Origin: an uncultured Clostridia bacterium
Lineage (GTDB): Bacteria; Bacillota; Clostridia; Christensenellales; UBA1242
Direction of reading: 5' to 3'
NCBI GenBank assembly: GCA_944383245.1
Contig: CALWOU010000003.1
Span: 96 to 64,095, forward strand
DNA length: 64,000 bases
In this document: positions 19,897 through 31,517 of the stretch, piece by piece
Layout: each line of letters starts with the position of its first letter
How positions within the stretch are numbered: the first letter of the stretch is position 1
Program-made: the position numbers and the translations under genes
Notes under the pieces: model-generated
What the model was told of the DNA's origin: nothing
The model's database searches: none
What the model saw: only the letters and a program-made list of their open reading frames with translations

Positions 19897-21192
19897 TTAA
19901 AATTTTCTATCTTTTTTCTTAATCATTCCTTTTTCTCTGCCGTTGTTTGACGGAGTGTAGTACACTCTATCTTTCAATTTATCTGGCAAATATTGTTGGC
20001 TAACGTAACCGCCATAATCGTGTGGATATTTATATTTAGGCGGATTTTTTATGTCGTAATGATAATTTTTAAGGTGTTCGGGAACGTTGTCATCTGGGTT
20101 AAATTCTGCGTCGGCGTGTGCTGAATCTAGTGCACGAACCACACTATTTGATTTTTCCGCCTCGCAAACGTAAATTATCGCGTGAGCAAGCGGAATTCTA
20201 CCTTCTGGAAGCCCTAAATTTTGCATAGCATTCATAGCAACCATAGCAAGAAGTGCGGCATTGCTATCTGCCATTCCTACATCTTCGCTCGCGTGCGCCA
20301 CTAGTCTACGGCAAATCAAAAGCGGGTCGCAACCTGCAGTTATCAACCTCTCAGACCAATAAAGCGCCGCGTCTGGATCCGATCCTCTAAGGCTTTTGCA
20401 AAACGCGCTTAGCATATCGTAATACAAATTTTCATCCACACTGATAATCGGGCGCTGAATGCACTGCTCCGCCACCGATTTGTCGATTACAATTCCGTAC
20501 TTACTAGGTTTGGTTGTGATAACAGCAAGTTCAAGCGCGTTATAGGCAGAGCGCAAATCTCCGTTTGAAAACATTGCAATATGATTGATTGCGTCCATAT
20601 CTATTTTAATTTTTAGTTTTCCAAACCCTCGCTCGCTATCTTTAACAGCCCTTATCAGCGCGTCTTTTATATCGTCCACGTTAAGATGACTAAACTTAAA
20701 AATTCTACACCTACTCACAATTGCGGGTGTCATACTAATGTGTGGATTTTCGGTTGTTGTGCCAATAAAAGTGATATATCCGCGCTCAACCGCCTCCAAC
20801 ACACTATCACTCTGCGCTTTGTTCCACCTATGACATTCGTCAAGTATTAAAATTGTGCTTTTGCCGGTTAATTCAAAGTGAGATTTTGCGTCGGTTATCA
20901 CTTTTTTTGCGTCAGCCACCCCGCTCGACACCGCATTCAATTTAACAAACTTTAATCCTAAACTATCGGCTATAATGTAGGCAAGTGTGGTTTTCCCAAC
21001 CCCAGGTGGACCATAAAAAATGCAACTACCAAGCCTATTCACACTTAGCGCGCGCCTAATTAAACTATTTTTGCCAACAATATCAGTTTGACCAATAAAT
21101 TCGTCTAAACTTCTCGCTCTCATACGTTCAGCAAGTGGCACCGAACTATTCAAAACACTTTCTTCAATTTCTCCATTATTTTCTTTTTTCAT
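19897..21192 (-). CDS. rarA: replication-associated recombination protein A (AAA+ RarA/MgsA)
   Basis: 'FYGPPGVGKTTLA', 'ILILDECHRWNKAQ', 'FIGTTTENP', and the C-terminal MgsA region 'LRGSDPDAALYW'. Confidence 0.93.
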   Translation of the reverse strand: MKKENNGEIEESVLNSSVPLAERMRARSLDEFIGQTDIVGKNSLIRRALSVNRLGSCIFYGPPGVGKTTLAYIIADSLGLKFVKLNAVSSGVADAKKVITDAKSHFELTGKSTILILDECHRWNKAQSDSVLEAVERGYITFIGTTTENPHISMTPAIVSRCRIFKFSHLNVDDIKDALIRAVKDSERGFGKLKIKIDMDAINHIAMFSNGDLRSAYNALELAVITTKPSKYGIVIDKSVAEQCIQRPIISVDENLYYDMLSAFCKSLRGSDPDAALYWSERLITAGCDPLLICRRLVAHASEDVGMADSNAALLAMVAMNAMQNLGLPEGRIPLAHAIIYVCEAEKSNSVVRALDSAHADAEFNPDDNVPEHLKNYHYDIKNPPKYKYPHDYGGYVSQQYLPDKLKDRVYYTPSNNGREKGMIKKKDRKF

Positions 21193-21283
21193 ACGTTTAT
21201 TATATCAAACTAATAAAAACTTTTCAATCTTTTTAAAATAATTATTGTTTTATTTAAATTTTCATAGATAATATTATAAAATT

Positions 21284-21856
21284 TTATTTCACGTGGATGA
21301 CTTTCTTTTGTCCGTTTAAAATGTAGGTTAAGGTGTAGGACAAATTGTAGTTATTTTTTGTTAGTTTTATGTGGTCGTTATTTAGGTCGATTTTTAAAAT
21401 TTCACGCATTATTTTTAAATATCTTTTTAGTTTAGTGCAGTTGTTAAAGTCAAAAATATTATTTAATATGTCTAAAATGGCAGTTTGTTTTAAAGTGGTT
21501 AAATCAAAGTTATCACTTGTTATGCGCACGCAAAAATATTTATAAAATTTTTTGCAATTCATAATTATTTTTACCTCACCAAGTGCATTAAAATATAGAT
21601 AATCACGGCGGACAAACAATTTATCCACATTTTTTATTACCACTGTTCTATCGTTTTTCTTTAAATAAACATTTTTGTCAATAACAAGGATTTTTGCGCC
21701 ATAAATTTTTATTCTATGACGTTTATTAGACGAAAAAACAACACCATATTTGTTAACCACCGCATTTTCTATGGTCTTATATCTAATATTTTTAAACTTT
21801 AAAACAATTAAAAACGCAAAAAATGTTAAAAAGTAAGCAAAAAAGATGATAATCAC
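21284..21856 (-). CDS. hypothetical membrane-anchored protein (190 aa)
   Basis: N-terminal hydrophobic helix 'IIIFFAYFLTFFAFLIVL'. GTG start as in the track. No family recognised. Confidence 0.5.
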   Translation of the reverse strand: MIIIFFAYFLTFFAFLIVLKFKNIRYKTIENAVVNKYGVVFSSNKRHRIKIYGAKILVIDKNVYLKKNDRTVVIKNVDKLFVRRDYLYFNALGEVKIIMNCKKFYKYFCVRITSDNFDLTTLKQTAILDILNNIFDFNNCTKLKRYLKIMREILKIDLNNDHIKLTKNNYNLSYTLTYILNGQKKVIHVK

Positions 21857-22023
21857 GTTTAAATTTTACCCTATTAGATAAAAATAAGACATACCAAAAA
21901 AAATTTTACTTTTATAAAATTTTCTATTACTAAAAACTAAAAGCATAAATTAAAATTGATATTAATATTTTTAGTTTTATATTGTCGCTTTTAAACAAAT
22001 TTTATAGATAGTAGAAAATACGT

Positions 22024-23102
<1,079 letters not shown>

Positions 23103-23316
23103 GTTAATTAATATGAAAATTTAACTCACTTATTTTAGATTGCTTTTAACAACAATTTTAGCATTTTATTAAAAAATATTAAAAACTAAAAATTTAATAA
23201 AATAATAGCAAAAATATTTATCAAGATAAAATTTTAATAAATTTGTGAAAAAATCACTAAAAAACTTTAATTTTTAACAAAAAATGTAAAATTTTTGACA
23301 TTTTTTAAAAAAAGTA

Positions 23317-23345
23317 TTGACAATGTAAAATTTTATTGCTACAAT
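23317..23345 (+). promoter_or_regulatory. consensus promoter (TTGACA-17-TACAAT) for leader peptide and ABC exporter
   Basis: ttgaca 23317-23322, tacaat 23340-23345. Confidence 0.6.
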
Positions 23346-23403
23346 TTTTTCGTCGAACGAGTTGTTTTAAACAAAAAAATTTTATAAAAGGAGAATTATT
23401 CAA

Positions 23404-23469
23404 ATGGTTAAAGAAACAATTATTAGACAACTTAATATGAAATTTAGCCATACGAATGGTTCTATTTAA
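23404..23469 (+). CDS. 21-aa leader peptide MVKETIIRQLNMKFSHTNGSI
   Basis: AAAGGAGA RBS 23387-23394, then ATG 23404. The ORF ends 70 nt before the ABC gene, and its 3' end takes part in alternative pairings (see findings). Confidence 0.45.
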   Translation: MVKETIIRQLNMKFSHTNGSI

Positions 23470-23497
23470 TTTTTTATATATTTAATTTTTAAATAAA

Positions 23498-23536
23498 CCT
23501 TCGTATGCAAAAAAAAATTATTACGGAGGTTTTTTT
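23498..23536 (+). promoter_or_regulatory. attenuator hairpin sequestering the ABC-gene RBS, followed by a T7 run
   Basis: 'ccttcgta' 23498-23505 pairs with 'tacggagg' 23522-23529 (which contains the GGAGG RBS). ttttttt 23530-23536 follows, then ATG 23539. Confidence 0.45.
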
Positions 23537-23538
23537 AT

Positions 23539-25365
23539 ATGAAAAATAAAAAGGAAAAAGTGAAAAATATTTCACTTTCAACCTACTTTGCCAAATATAA
23601 ATTTGGAATAATTTCGTATATTTTAGTCTACTTAATTGCGGGCGCTGGCACAGTTATGCAAACAATACTTTTTGCGAGTGCTATTGAAAACATTACTCTA
23701 TCTTTTTATAAAGAGGCAATGATTATATTAGGAATTATTGCAGGAATTATTCTAATAAAAAGAATTTGTTGGTATTTATCAGGATTAATTTATCAAAAGT
23801 ACGCCAGCAAAATTATGGCAGATTTAAATTTAGATTTAGCAAAGCAGGCATTTAAATTGAATTCTAAAACGTATAGTGATCACGAAACGGGAAAATTTGT
23901 TCAGCGAATTATCAACGATCCAGAAAAAGTTGTTCAAAATTTAGCTGATTTGGTTGATATTGTAACCGATATTATAACTTCACTCGTTATGACCATTTAT
24001 ATTGCAACACTAAACATATTTATTGGCATTGCTATACTAATAATAGTTGGTTTGTGCATATTATTAGAAAGATTTAGGCGCACTAGAAATCAAAAAAATT
24101 TATTTTATATGCGAAGAAAGAACGACAAAATTCATTCGCTAACCACCGAGATTGTTAGAAGCGAAAAAGATATAAAATCTTTAGGTCTTGAAGATAAACT
24201 TAGTGAAATTTCAAAGCAGTATTATGATGAATATCAAAAGGCATCTTACAACTATGAAGTTAAAGATCTGACTATGTGGAACCTTAGAAATATCATTGTT
24301 GAAATTTTCGGAGTGTTACTTTTAATTCTTGGAGTTTATTTAATTGATATTTCTATTCTAACACTTGCATCGTTTATGATAATTTATTCTAACAACAATA
24401 ACCTTTCATCATTTGTTTGGTGTTTTGGAAAAATTATGGACATCTTTTTACAAGTTAAGACTGCTTCTGTTAGAATGTTCACTCTATTTGATAATGAAGA
24501 ATATGTTTGTGAAAGATTTGGAAACACTCATCTTGATAACATTAAAGGTAAAATTGAATTTAAAAAAGTGTCCTATTCATTTATTGAATACGAGCAAACT
24601 GACGACGATAAGCCACTTAGTAGAAAAGAATTGAAAAAACTAAAAAATAAAAAACGCAAAATTGAAAGTGTTAATAAAATTTTTGATAAACTGTCATTTA
24701 AAATTCAACCAAACACAACTGTTGCGTTTGTTGGAAAATCAGGTTCTGGAAAGTCCACAATTTTAAATTTAATGTCTAAAATGTATGAAGTTGATAGTGG
24801 CGAGGTTTTAATTGACGGAGTGAATATCAACGATTTAGATAAAGAAACTTTAAGAAGTTCAATATCTTTAGTTAATCAATTCCCATACATATTTGATATG
24901 ACGATAAAAGAAAATCTTCTTCTTGCTAAAAAAGATGCAACTGATGAAGAAATAAATAAAGCGATTGAGCAAGCATCTTTAAAAGAATTTATTTCAAGTC
25001 TAAAAAAAGGTGTGGACACAAAAGTTGGTGAAAGTGGAATTAAACTTTCAGGCGGTCAAAAGCAAAGGTTGGCAATTGCCCGAGCATTGCTAAGAAACTC
25101 TCCTATCATCATATTTGATGAAAGCACAAGTTCGCTAGATAATTTTGCGCAAGAAGATATTAAAAAGTCGATTGATAATTTAAAAGGAAAGAGCACAATT
25201 GTAATTGTTGCTCACAGGCTTTCAACAATCAAAAACGTTGATAAAATTTTCTTTTTAAATAGTGGAAAAATTGTGGATACAGGCACATTTGATGAACTAT
25301 TCAAAAACAATCCAAAATTCAAAAAAATGTTCTACGCTGAAAATTTAAACGATGAATTAAATTAA
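23539..25365 (+). CDS. ABC exporter, fused TMD-NBD (ABCB/MsbA-like half transporter)
   Basis: Six N-terminal TM helices, Walker A 'GKSGSGKST', signature 'LSGGQKQRLAIARAL', Walker B 'IIIFDESTSSLD'. Confidence 0.92.
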   Translation: MKNKKEKVKNISLSTYFAKYKFGIISYILVYLIAGAGTVMQTILFASAIENITLSFYKEAMIILGIIAGIILIKRICWYLSGLIYQKYASKIMADLNLDLAKQAFKLNSKTYSDHETGKFVQRIINDPEKVVQNLADLVDIVTDIITSLVMTIYIATLNIFIGIAILIIVGLCILLERFRRTRNQKNLFYMRRKNDKIHSLTTEIVRSEKDIKSLGLEDKLSEISKQYYDEYQKASYNYEVKDLTMWNLRNIIVEIFGVLLLILGVYLIDISILTLASFMIIYSNNNNLSSFVWCFGKIMDIFLQVKTASVRMFTLFDNEEYVCERFGNTHLDNIKGKIEFKKVSYSFIEYEQTDDDKPLSRKELKKLKNKKRKIESVNKIFDKLSFKIQPNTTVAFVGKSGSGKSTILNLMSKMYEVDSGEVLIDGVNINDLDKETLRSSISLVNQFPYIFDMTIKENLLLAKKDATDEEINKAIEQASLKEFISSLKKGVDTKVGESGIKLSGGQKQRLAIARALLRNSPIIIFDESTSSLDNFAQEDIKKSIDNLKGKSTIVIVAHRLSTIKNVDKIFFLNSGKIVDTGTFDELFKNNPKFKKMFYAENLNDELN

Positions 25366-25450
25366 AACAACGAAATATGATTTAATTTAATTTTACAAAT
25401 TGTTAATTTTAACCTAGTGTTCACCAATACGAAAAAAAAATGTTTCAATT

Positions 25451-25503
25451 AAAAAACGCACTAACTTTTTAAACACAATGTTTATAAAATAGTGCGTTTT
25501 TTT
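25451..25503. terminator. bidirectional terminator
   Basis: 'acgcacta'...'tagtgcgt' stem with flanking A and T runs, between convergent genes. Confidence 0.65.
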
Positions 25504-25508
25504 ATTTG

Positions 25509-26063
25509 TTAAATTATAACACCTGAAGTTATAGCTGTTGTTGTTGAATCAATTAATGAAATTAAATAAATTGATTCAATTATTGTGAAACACAAACCTA
25601 TTAGAAAGAAAGCAAGCACAATAATACTTAACACCAATCCTGCAATGTGGAAACCTTTATTTTTATATTTACCTGATTTAAATTTAGAAAAGCTAATGCA
25701 ACTAAAAATCAAACCTAACACACCTAGTATGAGAGTGAAAAAGCTGTAAGTATTCATAAAAAATGCAACAATACCTAAAACCATACTAGCGATGCCATAA
25801 CCGCAATTAGTTTTCTTAATTTCGCTTTTTTCTAAAGTGTTAGTTTTCTCATGTGTTTCAGTTGCAACGTTTGAAGTGCTTGCTTCTGTTTCTAGATTTT
25901 TGTTATCAACGTTTTCGCTAGCATTATTTTCAACATTTTCATCTGAAATATTGTCTGCTTTTGCAACCGCATTATGGATTAAACTATTTTCTACTCTTGC
26001 ACCACAATTTGAGCAAAATTTTTGACCATCTACTATTTCTGCACCACAATTTTTACAATTCAT
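25509..26063 (-). CDS. zinc-ribbon domain membrane protein
   Basis: 'MNCKNCGAEIVDGQKFCSNCGARV', an acidic linker, then 3-4 TM helices. Confidence 0.7.
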   Translation of the reverse strand: MNCKNCGAEIVDGQKFCSNCGARVENSLIHNAVAKADNISDENVENNASENVDNKNLETEASTSNVATETHEKTNTLEKSEIKKTNCGYGIASMVLGIVAFFMNTYSFFTLILGVLGLIFSCISFSKFKSGKYKNKGFHIAGLVLSIIVLAFFLIGLCFTIIESIYLISLIDSTTTAITSGVII

Positions 26064-26720
26064 ATATACCTTCCCACCTTACTATATAGATATTAACATA
26101 AAAAAAATATTAATGTCAATATTTGTTGAAATTTTAATTTAAAAATTAACGATTTTGAAAAACCGCGTAAGAGCCACTTCATTTTTTCTTATTTAATTCT
26201 TTTTTAGATTTCTGTAAACTCGTGCAAATAATAAAGTTTATTTTGTACATATTTACATATTTTTGTATTAAAGGCTAACATTTTCGACAAATTTATTACA
26301 AAACTTGACTTAAATTTTTATTATTGATAGCATTTTAATACAAAACATTTTTCATTCAGGGGAATTATGAAAAAGGAAAAAATTAATGTTGGTCGAACTA
26401 TAAATGATAATTCAGCCTTTATTCTTACATCGAATTTTTGCAAAGCGAAGGATATTATTTTCGTAAAAAATATAATTATTCAAAATTCAATTTTACGATT
26501 TGTTTAGTTACATTTTCTTTATCTATAATCTTAACATTTATTGATTTAGATTTGTTTTGTATTTTTTAATATTAACAACACTATATTTAATCTTTAATAC
26601 CTTTTCGCTTGTGCTAATCTTTAAGCAATTTTCATCAATTAACTTAAAAAACTATGAAGAAATTGCAAAAAACAAACTAAACAATTTAAAATAACAATTT
26701 TTTTAAAAAAACTATAAGCA

Positions 26721-27254
26721 TTAAACAAACTTATAGTTTTTTAATAATCCCTCGTATATAATGTGTTTATTATTTAATCTCAAAAAGTCAATCGGCTTAA
26801 TTATTTGTGGTAATGAATTTGAGTTTTCTATATCAAAGTAGGCAAGGCAGGCGCGCACAAATTGTGAACAATAATATCTATGTTTTGGCTCAAAATTTTT
26901 CTTAAAGCAAGCGCAAAACACTCCTAAATAATTATAATGAAATTTAACTTTGTTTTTATGTACGTATTCAATGAAATATTTAATGCTATTATACTGCTCA
27001 ATACTAACTTTTAATTCAATAACTAAAGCTTTGGTTTTGTAAAAACGTTTGAATGTGCCCGTATTTTTCCCTTCTTGCACAAATCCGCCAACAAAAGGGT
27101 TGTATGGATTAAGTCTACCAAATGAATACATAACTTCAAGGTCGGGCGAAAGAGCGATTGACGCGTGATTGTATCTTGCGCGTGTGAAAAACTTTAATGC
27201 TCTTGAAAACATTGTGCCCGTTTGACTTAAAACAATATAAATGCTTTTTTCCAT
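26721..27254 (-). CDS. permuted papain-like (NlpC/P60 superfamily, YiiX/YaeF-like) hydrolase, tentative
   Basis: His precedes Cys: 'RYNHASIAL' ... 'YYCSQFVRA'. Size 177 aa. Assigned from memory of the family pattern. Confidence 0.45.
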   Translation of the reverse strand: MEKSIYIVLSQTGTMFSRALKFFTRARYNHASIALSPDLEVMYSFGRLNPYNPFVGGFVQEGKNTGTFKRFYKTKALVIELKVSIEQYNSIKYFIEYVHKNKVKFHYNYLGVFCACFKKNFEPKHRYYCSQFVRACLAYFDIENSNSLPQIIKPIDFLRLNNKHIIYEGLLKNYKFV

Positions 27255-27424
27255 TTTATTAACCCTATCATAAATAAATTTGATTTAGGAGTAAACTAAA
27301 GCCTATTTTATCAAATCAAGTTAAAATCGATTGTTGATCAATAATGTAAATTTTAATTTTCTTATAATTAGATTATATCAAAATTTTAAAGAAATTTCAA
27401 TTATTTATACTATGTTATTTTCAA

Positions 27425-28999
27425 TTACGAGAAATTATGCCCTACACCTGTTATGCGAATCATTTCATCATAACTATCAAATATGAACAATTTGTAATCA
27501 TCATTATTATCCGCTAAATAAGTTTCATCTGTGAAGAAATCTGCTAAAGCATAACTCTCATATTCGCCAGTTGTAAACAATATAAACACCTTTCCTTCAG
27601 GTTTTCTTTCAATCAAGCTTTTTTGTTGAAGCCAATAATAACCTGTATCAATATTGGTATCATCTGCCGAATAAGAAATATGTCTAACTTTTACTTTACC
27701 ATTAGACAGTTCAGTTAAAACATTGCCATTCCAGAAAGTTGTATAACCCTCATAACATTCATTATCAATAAGTTGTTCTACCACTTGCCTATGTGCATAT
27801 GTATTATCTATGTTCCATAGAGTTGAATAGTTTATTGCACTTAACGTTACACTAGTTAAACTAATCGCACATAAAGAACTAACAACAATACTTTTTTTTA
27901 CACCATTTTTTATAAGATTTTTAAATACTGCTGTTATTACAAATAACGTGAAAATACTTGTTGGAACTAAATATGCAGTCATAAAAGTCATATTTGTGAA
28001 TGTGTAAATTCCAATATAAATACATATTGATGTTAACAAATAGATAGATACACTCTTTTCAGCTAAACTTAAATTAGATGATTTTTTAAATGCAAACACA
28101 AACAACGCGATTAACAGTACTATCAAAAGAATCTCTAGGTAAATATTATATTCGCTAATTAGTCCTAATACATAAAATAAACCATAAAGCGCATTTCTTA
28201 AGCCGTTTATATTGAATATGGTCATTAAATTGTCCATATAACCATAATTTGAAAATCCAAATGATTCAGATAAGTAGAAATGATTAATCAGCACCCCAAT
28301 GCAACCTATAGCACAAACAAAAATCATAAAAATAAAGAATTTTTTACACGTATTAAAGCTTTTGCTTTTTAAATTTAGCAAGAATACAACAAAACTAGTT
28401 ATGCCAATAGGTGCAAAAATATTAATTAAGTTTCTTATACCACACAAACCCGCGATTAATGATAATATTAATGCAAGCACTATAAATACACCTTGCTTTT
28501 TCTTATTTTCGCTTTTTATAGAAATAAATGACAAAGCTAGAATATTTAATGTTAGAATCACATTTGATGTGTAATACAATGCGTAAATTATATATTCATA
28601 ATATTTAGTTGACAATGGTAAAATTAAAAAAGATGCGATTATTGGAAAATACTTATGTTGATTAATTGAATACATAAAGAAAAACACACTTGCTAAAAAA
28701 ATACCAACAACAATAACAATTGTAATCACTCTTATTATGTGCCAATTAGAAGTTAAATAAAAAAGTGGAGATGCAATTAATTGCATATAAAAAAGTCTGA
28801 TTTCTGTTGAGTAATACCAATCGTGATTTAAAAGTTGACCTGAATTTGCAACAATTTCTGCTAATATCATTTCGCTTGAAATGTCTGAATTTAATAAATA
28901 ATCTATTCGTTGATTTATAAAACAAATAAAAGTTATAAACAAACAAGCAAAAATTGTATAACTTATACCATAATAAATTTTCATTTTCTTACTATTCAT
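27425..28999 (-). CDS. polytopic membrane protein (GT-C/ArnT-like glycosyltransferase possible)
   Basis: 524 aa with more than 10 hydrophobic helices followed by a ~130-aa soluble C-terminal domain. No specific motif. Confidence 0.4.
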   Translation of the reverse strand: MNSKKMKIYYGISYTIFACLFITFICFINQRIDYLLNSDISSEMILAEIVANSGQLLNHDWYYSTEIRLFYMQLIASPLFYLTSNWHIIRVITIVIVVGIFLASVFFFMYSINQHKYFPIIASFLILPLSTKYYEYIIYALYYTSNVILTLNILALSFISIKSENKKKQGVFIVLALILSLIAGLCGIRNLINIFAPIGITSFVVFLLNLKSKSFNTCKKFFIFMIFVCAIGCIGVLINHFYLSESFGFSNYGYMDNLMTIFNINGLRNALYGLFYVLGLISEYNIYLEILLIVLLIALFVFAFKKSSNLSLAEKSVSIYLLTSICIYIGIYTFTNMTFMTAYLVPTSIFTLFVITAVFKNLIKNGVKKSIVVSSLCAISLTSVTLSAINYSTLWNIDNTYAHRQVVEQLIDNECYEGYTTFWNGNVLTELSNGKVKVRHISYSADDTNIDTGYYWLQQKSLIERKPEGKVFILFTTGEYESYALADFFTDETYLADNNDDYKLFIFDSYDEMIRITGVGHNFS

Positions 29000-29017
29000 A
29001 CATATCCTCTTTTGAAT

Positions 29018-29320
29018 TTATTTATATTGAAATTTTTTTAAATCAACAACATTGTTTTTAACTTCAATACCCTCTTGCATCAAAAACTTTTTTTGCCCTA
29101 CAATTCCGCCAAAAGCATAGTTTTTTGACAACCCACCTTTTGCGTTTACCACTTTATAACACGGATAATTTTTCACATCATTATTTTTATGCAAAACATT
29201 TCCAACCACGCGCGCCAAATTTTTATTGCCTAAAAACTCTCCAATTTGAGAGTAAGTTACAACCTTACCCTTTGGAATAGTTTTCAAATATTCATAAACT
29301 TTATCTTTAATGTTTTCCAT
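29018..29320 (-). CDS. MGMT-family (methylated-DNA-protein-cysteine methyltransferase DNA-binding domain) protein
   Basis: 'IPKGKVVTYSQIGEFLG', 'ARVVGNVL', 'YPCYKVVNAKGGLS' (PCHR-like box with Cys retained). 100 aa, so the C-terminal domain only. Confidence 0.75.
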   Translation of the reverse strand: MENIKDKVYEYLKTIPKGKVVTYSQIGEFLGNKNLARVVGNVLHKNNDVKNYPCYKVVNAKGGLSKNYAFGGIVGQKKFLMQEGIEVKNNVVDLKKFQYK

Positions 29321-29390
29321 ACTTATTAAATAAACTTTTTTAAAAATCTAAAAATTTTTGCTTTTTTAACGAATATTTATAGATTTTTCA

Positions 29391-30062
29391 CTATTTTTTC
29401 TCATTATTTGAATTTTTTTTAATTTTTCCCTTGTACTTAGTTGTGTACCCTTGATTTTCCTCCGGACGAAGTGCATTTGGAAAATTCATATCTGTTTTAA
29501 TGTCGTTTACAATTTTTTGAAGTTCATTAGTTATGAAATATGGATTTGTTATATCGTGTAATACTGTTGCTTCAGTTTTACTCTTTATATAAATATCTCC
29601 AACTTTTAAAGCTCTATCAATCAAACCAACGCGCAGATTGACAGTTTGAATATCTATATAATAAACATTTTTAATGTCAATTAAAATACCCGTTCGAATT
29701 ATAATTCTTTTATTAGTGAATGCGTATTCTATGTTTTTATACTGCGCCCACGCGGTTATCACATTGCTTAGCCAAATCCAGACGGGCAGTAAATGAATTA
29801 GGAAGAAAACAATGATAAAAACAATTAGGAAAGTTGGCATTTGTGAAGTCGAACCTGATCTGAACAGCATAAAAATAAATCCGCCGTCAAAAAGCGCCCA
29901 TATTATCACAATAGGTAGCATTGTTAAAATTTTTGACCAAATAAACGCAGACTTTTTAGGCTTTCCGCGCCATAAAATTTCTTCATCTGCTTCAATTAAA
30001 TCTTCAATTTTGTTTGACGACATTCCGTCATCTTTAAAATACTTCTCATTATATTTTCCCAT
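29391..30062 (-). CDS. membrane bPH (YdbS/YdbT-like, DUF304) domain protein
   Basis: 'EEILWRGKP', a two-TM hairpin, 'YAFTNKRIIIRTG', 'GDIYI'. Confidence 0.6.
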   Translation of the reverse strand: MGKYNEKYFKDDGMSSNKIEDLIEADEEILWRGKPKKSAFIWSKILTMLPIVIIWALFDGGFIFMLFRSGSTSQMPTFLIVFIIVFFLIHLLPVWIWLSNVITAWAQYKNIEYAFTNKRIIIRTGILIDIKNVYYIDIQTVNLRVGLIDRALKVGDIYIKSKTEATVLHDITNPYFITNELQKIVNDIKTDMNFPNALRPEENQGYTTKYKGKIKKNSNNEKK

Positions 30063-30184
30063 ATCAACCTTAAGATTATTATATTATAAATATTGTTTTA
30101 AAGCAAACATTTTGCCTGTTATATTTTAAAATATAAATGTCAATAAGCAAACGCACAACATAAAGTGAAACTATAGGAGTTTTT

Positions 30185-31123
30185 ATGTATAATTACATTG
30201 ATAAACAATTTTTACAATTAATTGACGATATAAAATCAAAAAATAAAATGCAGATTTATAGTCATATGCTAGAAAAATTTAAGTCTGTTCCAATTCTTAC
30301 GCAAGTTTCAATACAACTATTTTTAAATAAATTCAACTATTGGGGAAAAATTGAAATAGAAAATTCAAATTATGAAATGATTGAAAACAAAGCAGAAATT
30401 TTTGCTAAAAGAATTGATGAGTATGTTGAACTTTATAACAACCTCTCCGATTACAAATCTAAATACATACTTTTTTCAATTTTGAATAATTTTTATAATT
30501 TTGATTTTACTAACTTAAAAAATTGTATGGAACACATTTTCAAACACTATTTTGACTTAGACCTCATAGATACAAACGAAAATGAAGTTTTTGTTGACGT
30601 TGGCGCTTTCACAGGCGATAGCACTATCGATTTTATTTCAAGTTTTGGCGAAAATTCATATAAAAAAATTCTTTGCTATGAAATTTGCAAAGAAAATATC
30701 GAAAAAATGCAAAAAAATCTAAAAAATTATAAAAATATTTACATTTTTGAAAAAGCCGTCACCAATTTTAATGGCACAACTCATTTTGATAAAAGTTTAG
30801 ACCTTTCCACAAACTCAACACAGGAAAACGGCGAACTTAGTGTTGACGCAGTTAAACTTGACGACGATATAACCGAAAAAATAACAATGGTTAAAATGGA
30901 TATTGAAGGTGGCGAGATGAACGCGCTAATTGGAATGAAAAACCACATTAATAACGACACTCCAACACTTCTAATCTCAGTATATCACAACAACACCGAC
31001 CTATTAGACATTCCAAAATACATTTCAACCATAAACAAAAATTACAACTACCACCTTCGCTACTACGGCGGACCATACTACGCCACAGAAATCGTCCTAA
31101 TCGCCCTAGCAAAACATCAATAA
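30185..31123 (+). CDS. FkbM-family methyltransferase
   Basis: 'VFVDVGAFTGDSTIDF', 'NGTTHF', 'MVKMDIEGGEMNAL'. Confidence 0.8.
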   Translation: MYNYIDKQFLQLIDDIKSKNKMQIYSHMLEKFKSVPILTQVSIQLFLNKFNYWGKIEIENSNYEMIENKAEIFAKRIDEYVELYNNLSDYKSKYILFSILNNFYNFDFTNLKNCMEHIFKHYFDLDLIDTNENEVFVDVGAFTGDSTIDFISSFGENSYKKILCYEICKENIEKMQKNLKNYKNIYIFEKAVTNFNGTTHFDKSLDLSTNSTQENGELSVDAVKLDDDITEKITMVKMDIEGGEMNALIGMKNHINNDTPTLLISVYHNNTDLLDIPKYISTINKNYNYHLRYYGGPYYATEIVLIALAKHQ

Positions 31124-31363
31124 CAATAAATTTATTAAAAATAATCCGTATGATTTTCCGCCACCAAAATTCCCGTGATCCAAAATTCACCGCTAATAAC
31201 TTTACCTTTTGCCAGCATTTTAGAATCAATCAACTTTGGGTCAACCAATAATTTAATCATAAGTCCTAAGCTCGTTACATCTATTTCATAAAAATTTATT
31301 TGTTATAGGATTTTTTGAAAGTGTATAATCTTGAATAATTCCGCTAACAAATCCTTTTGCTCT

Positions 31364-31517
31364 TATTTTTAACGCAATCTTCAAAGTATCTCAAAATATC
31401 TGGAAACAAGATATAAAGTCCAACACTTTCATCTTCCGCATATCCATCAAAACTATCTTTGACATATTCTTGAATATCTGGAATATTTTGAGTGAAAAAC
31501 TCCACAATTTCATTTTC
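31364..31517 (-). pseudogene. 5'-truncated duplicate of the N-terminal part of gene 32221..32925
   Basis: ~150 nt about 90% identical by eye to 32742-32895. Encodes 'ENEIVEFFTQNIPDIQEYVKDSFDGYAEDESVGLYILFPDILRYFEDCVKNK..', starts directly after the stop of 31518..31772, and degenerates downstream. Confidence 0.8.

Noticed and set aside
30948-31229. Minus-strand 93-aa ORF overlapping the 3' end of the FkbM gene
   Set aside because: The W/R/C-rich translation overlaps a motif-supported gene. Only the downstream debris (31137-31262) may be a relic, and that lies in a different frame.
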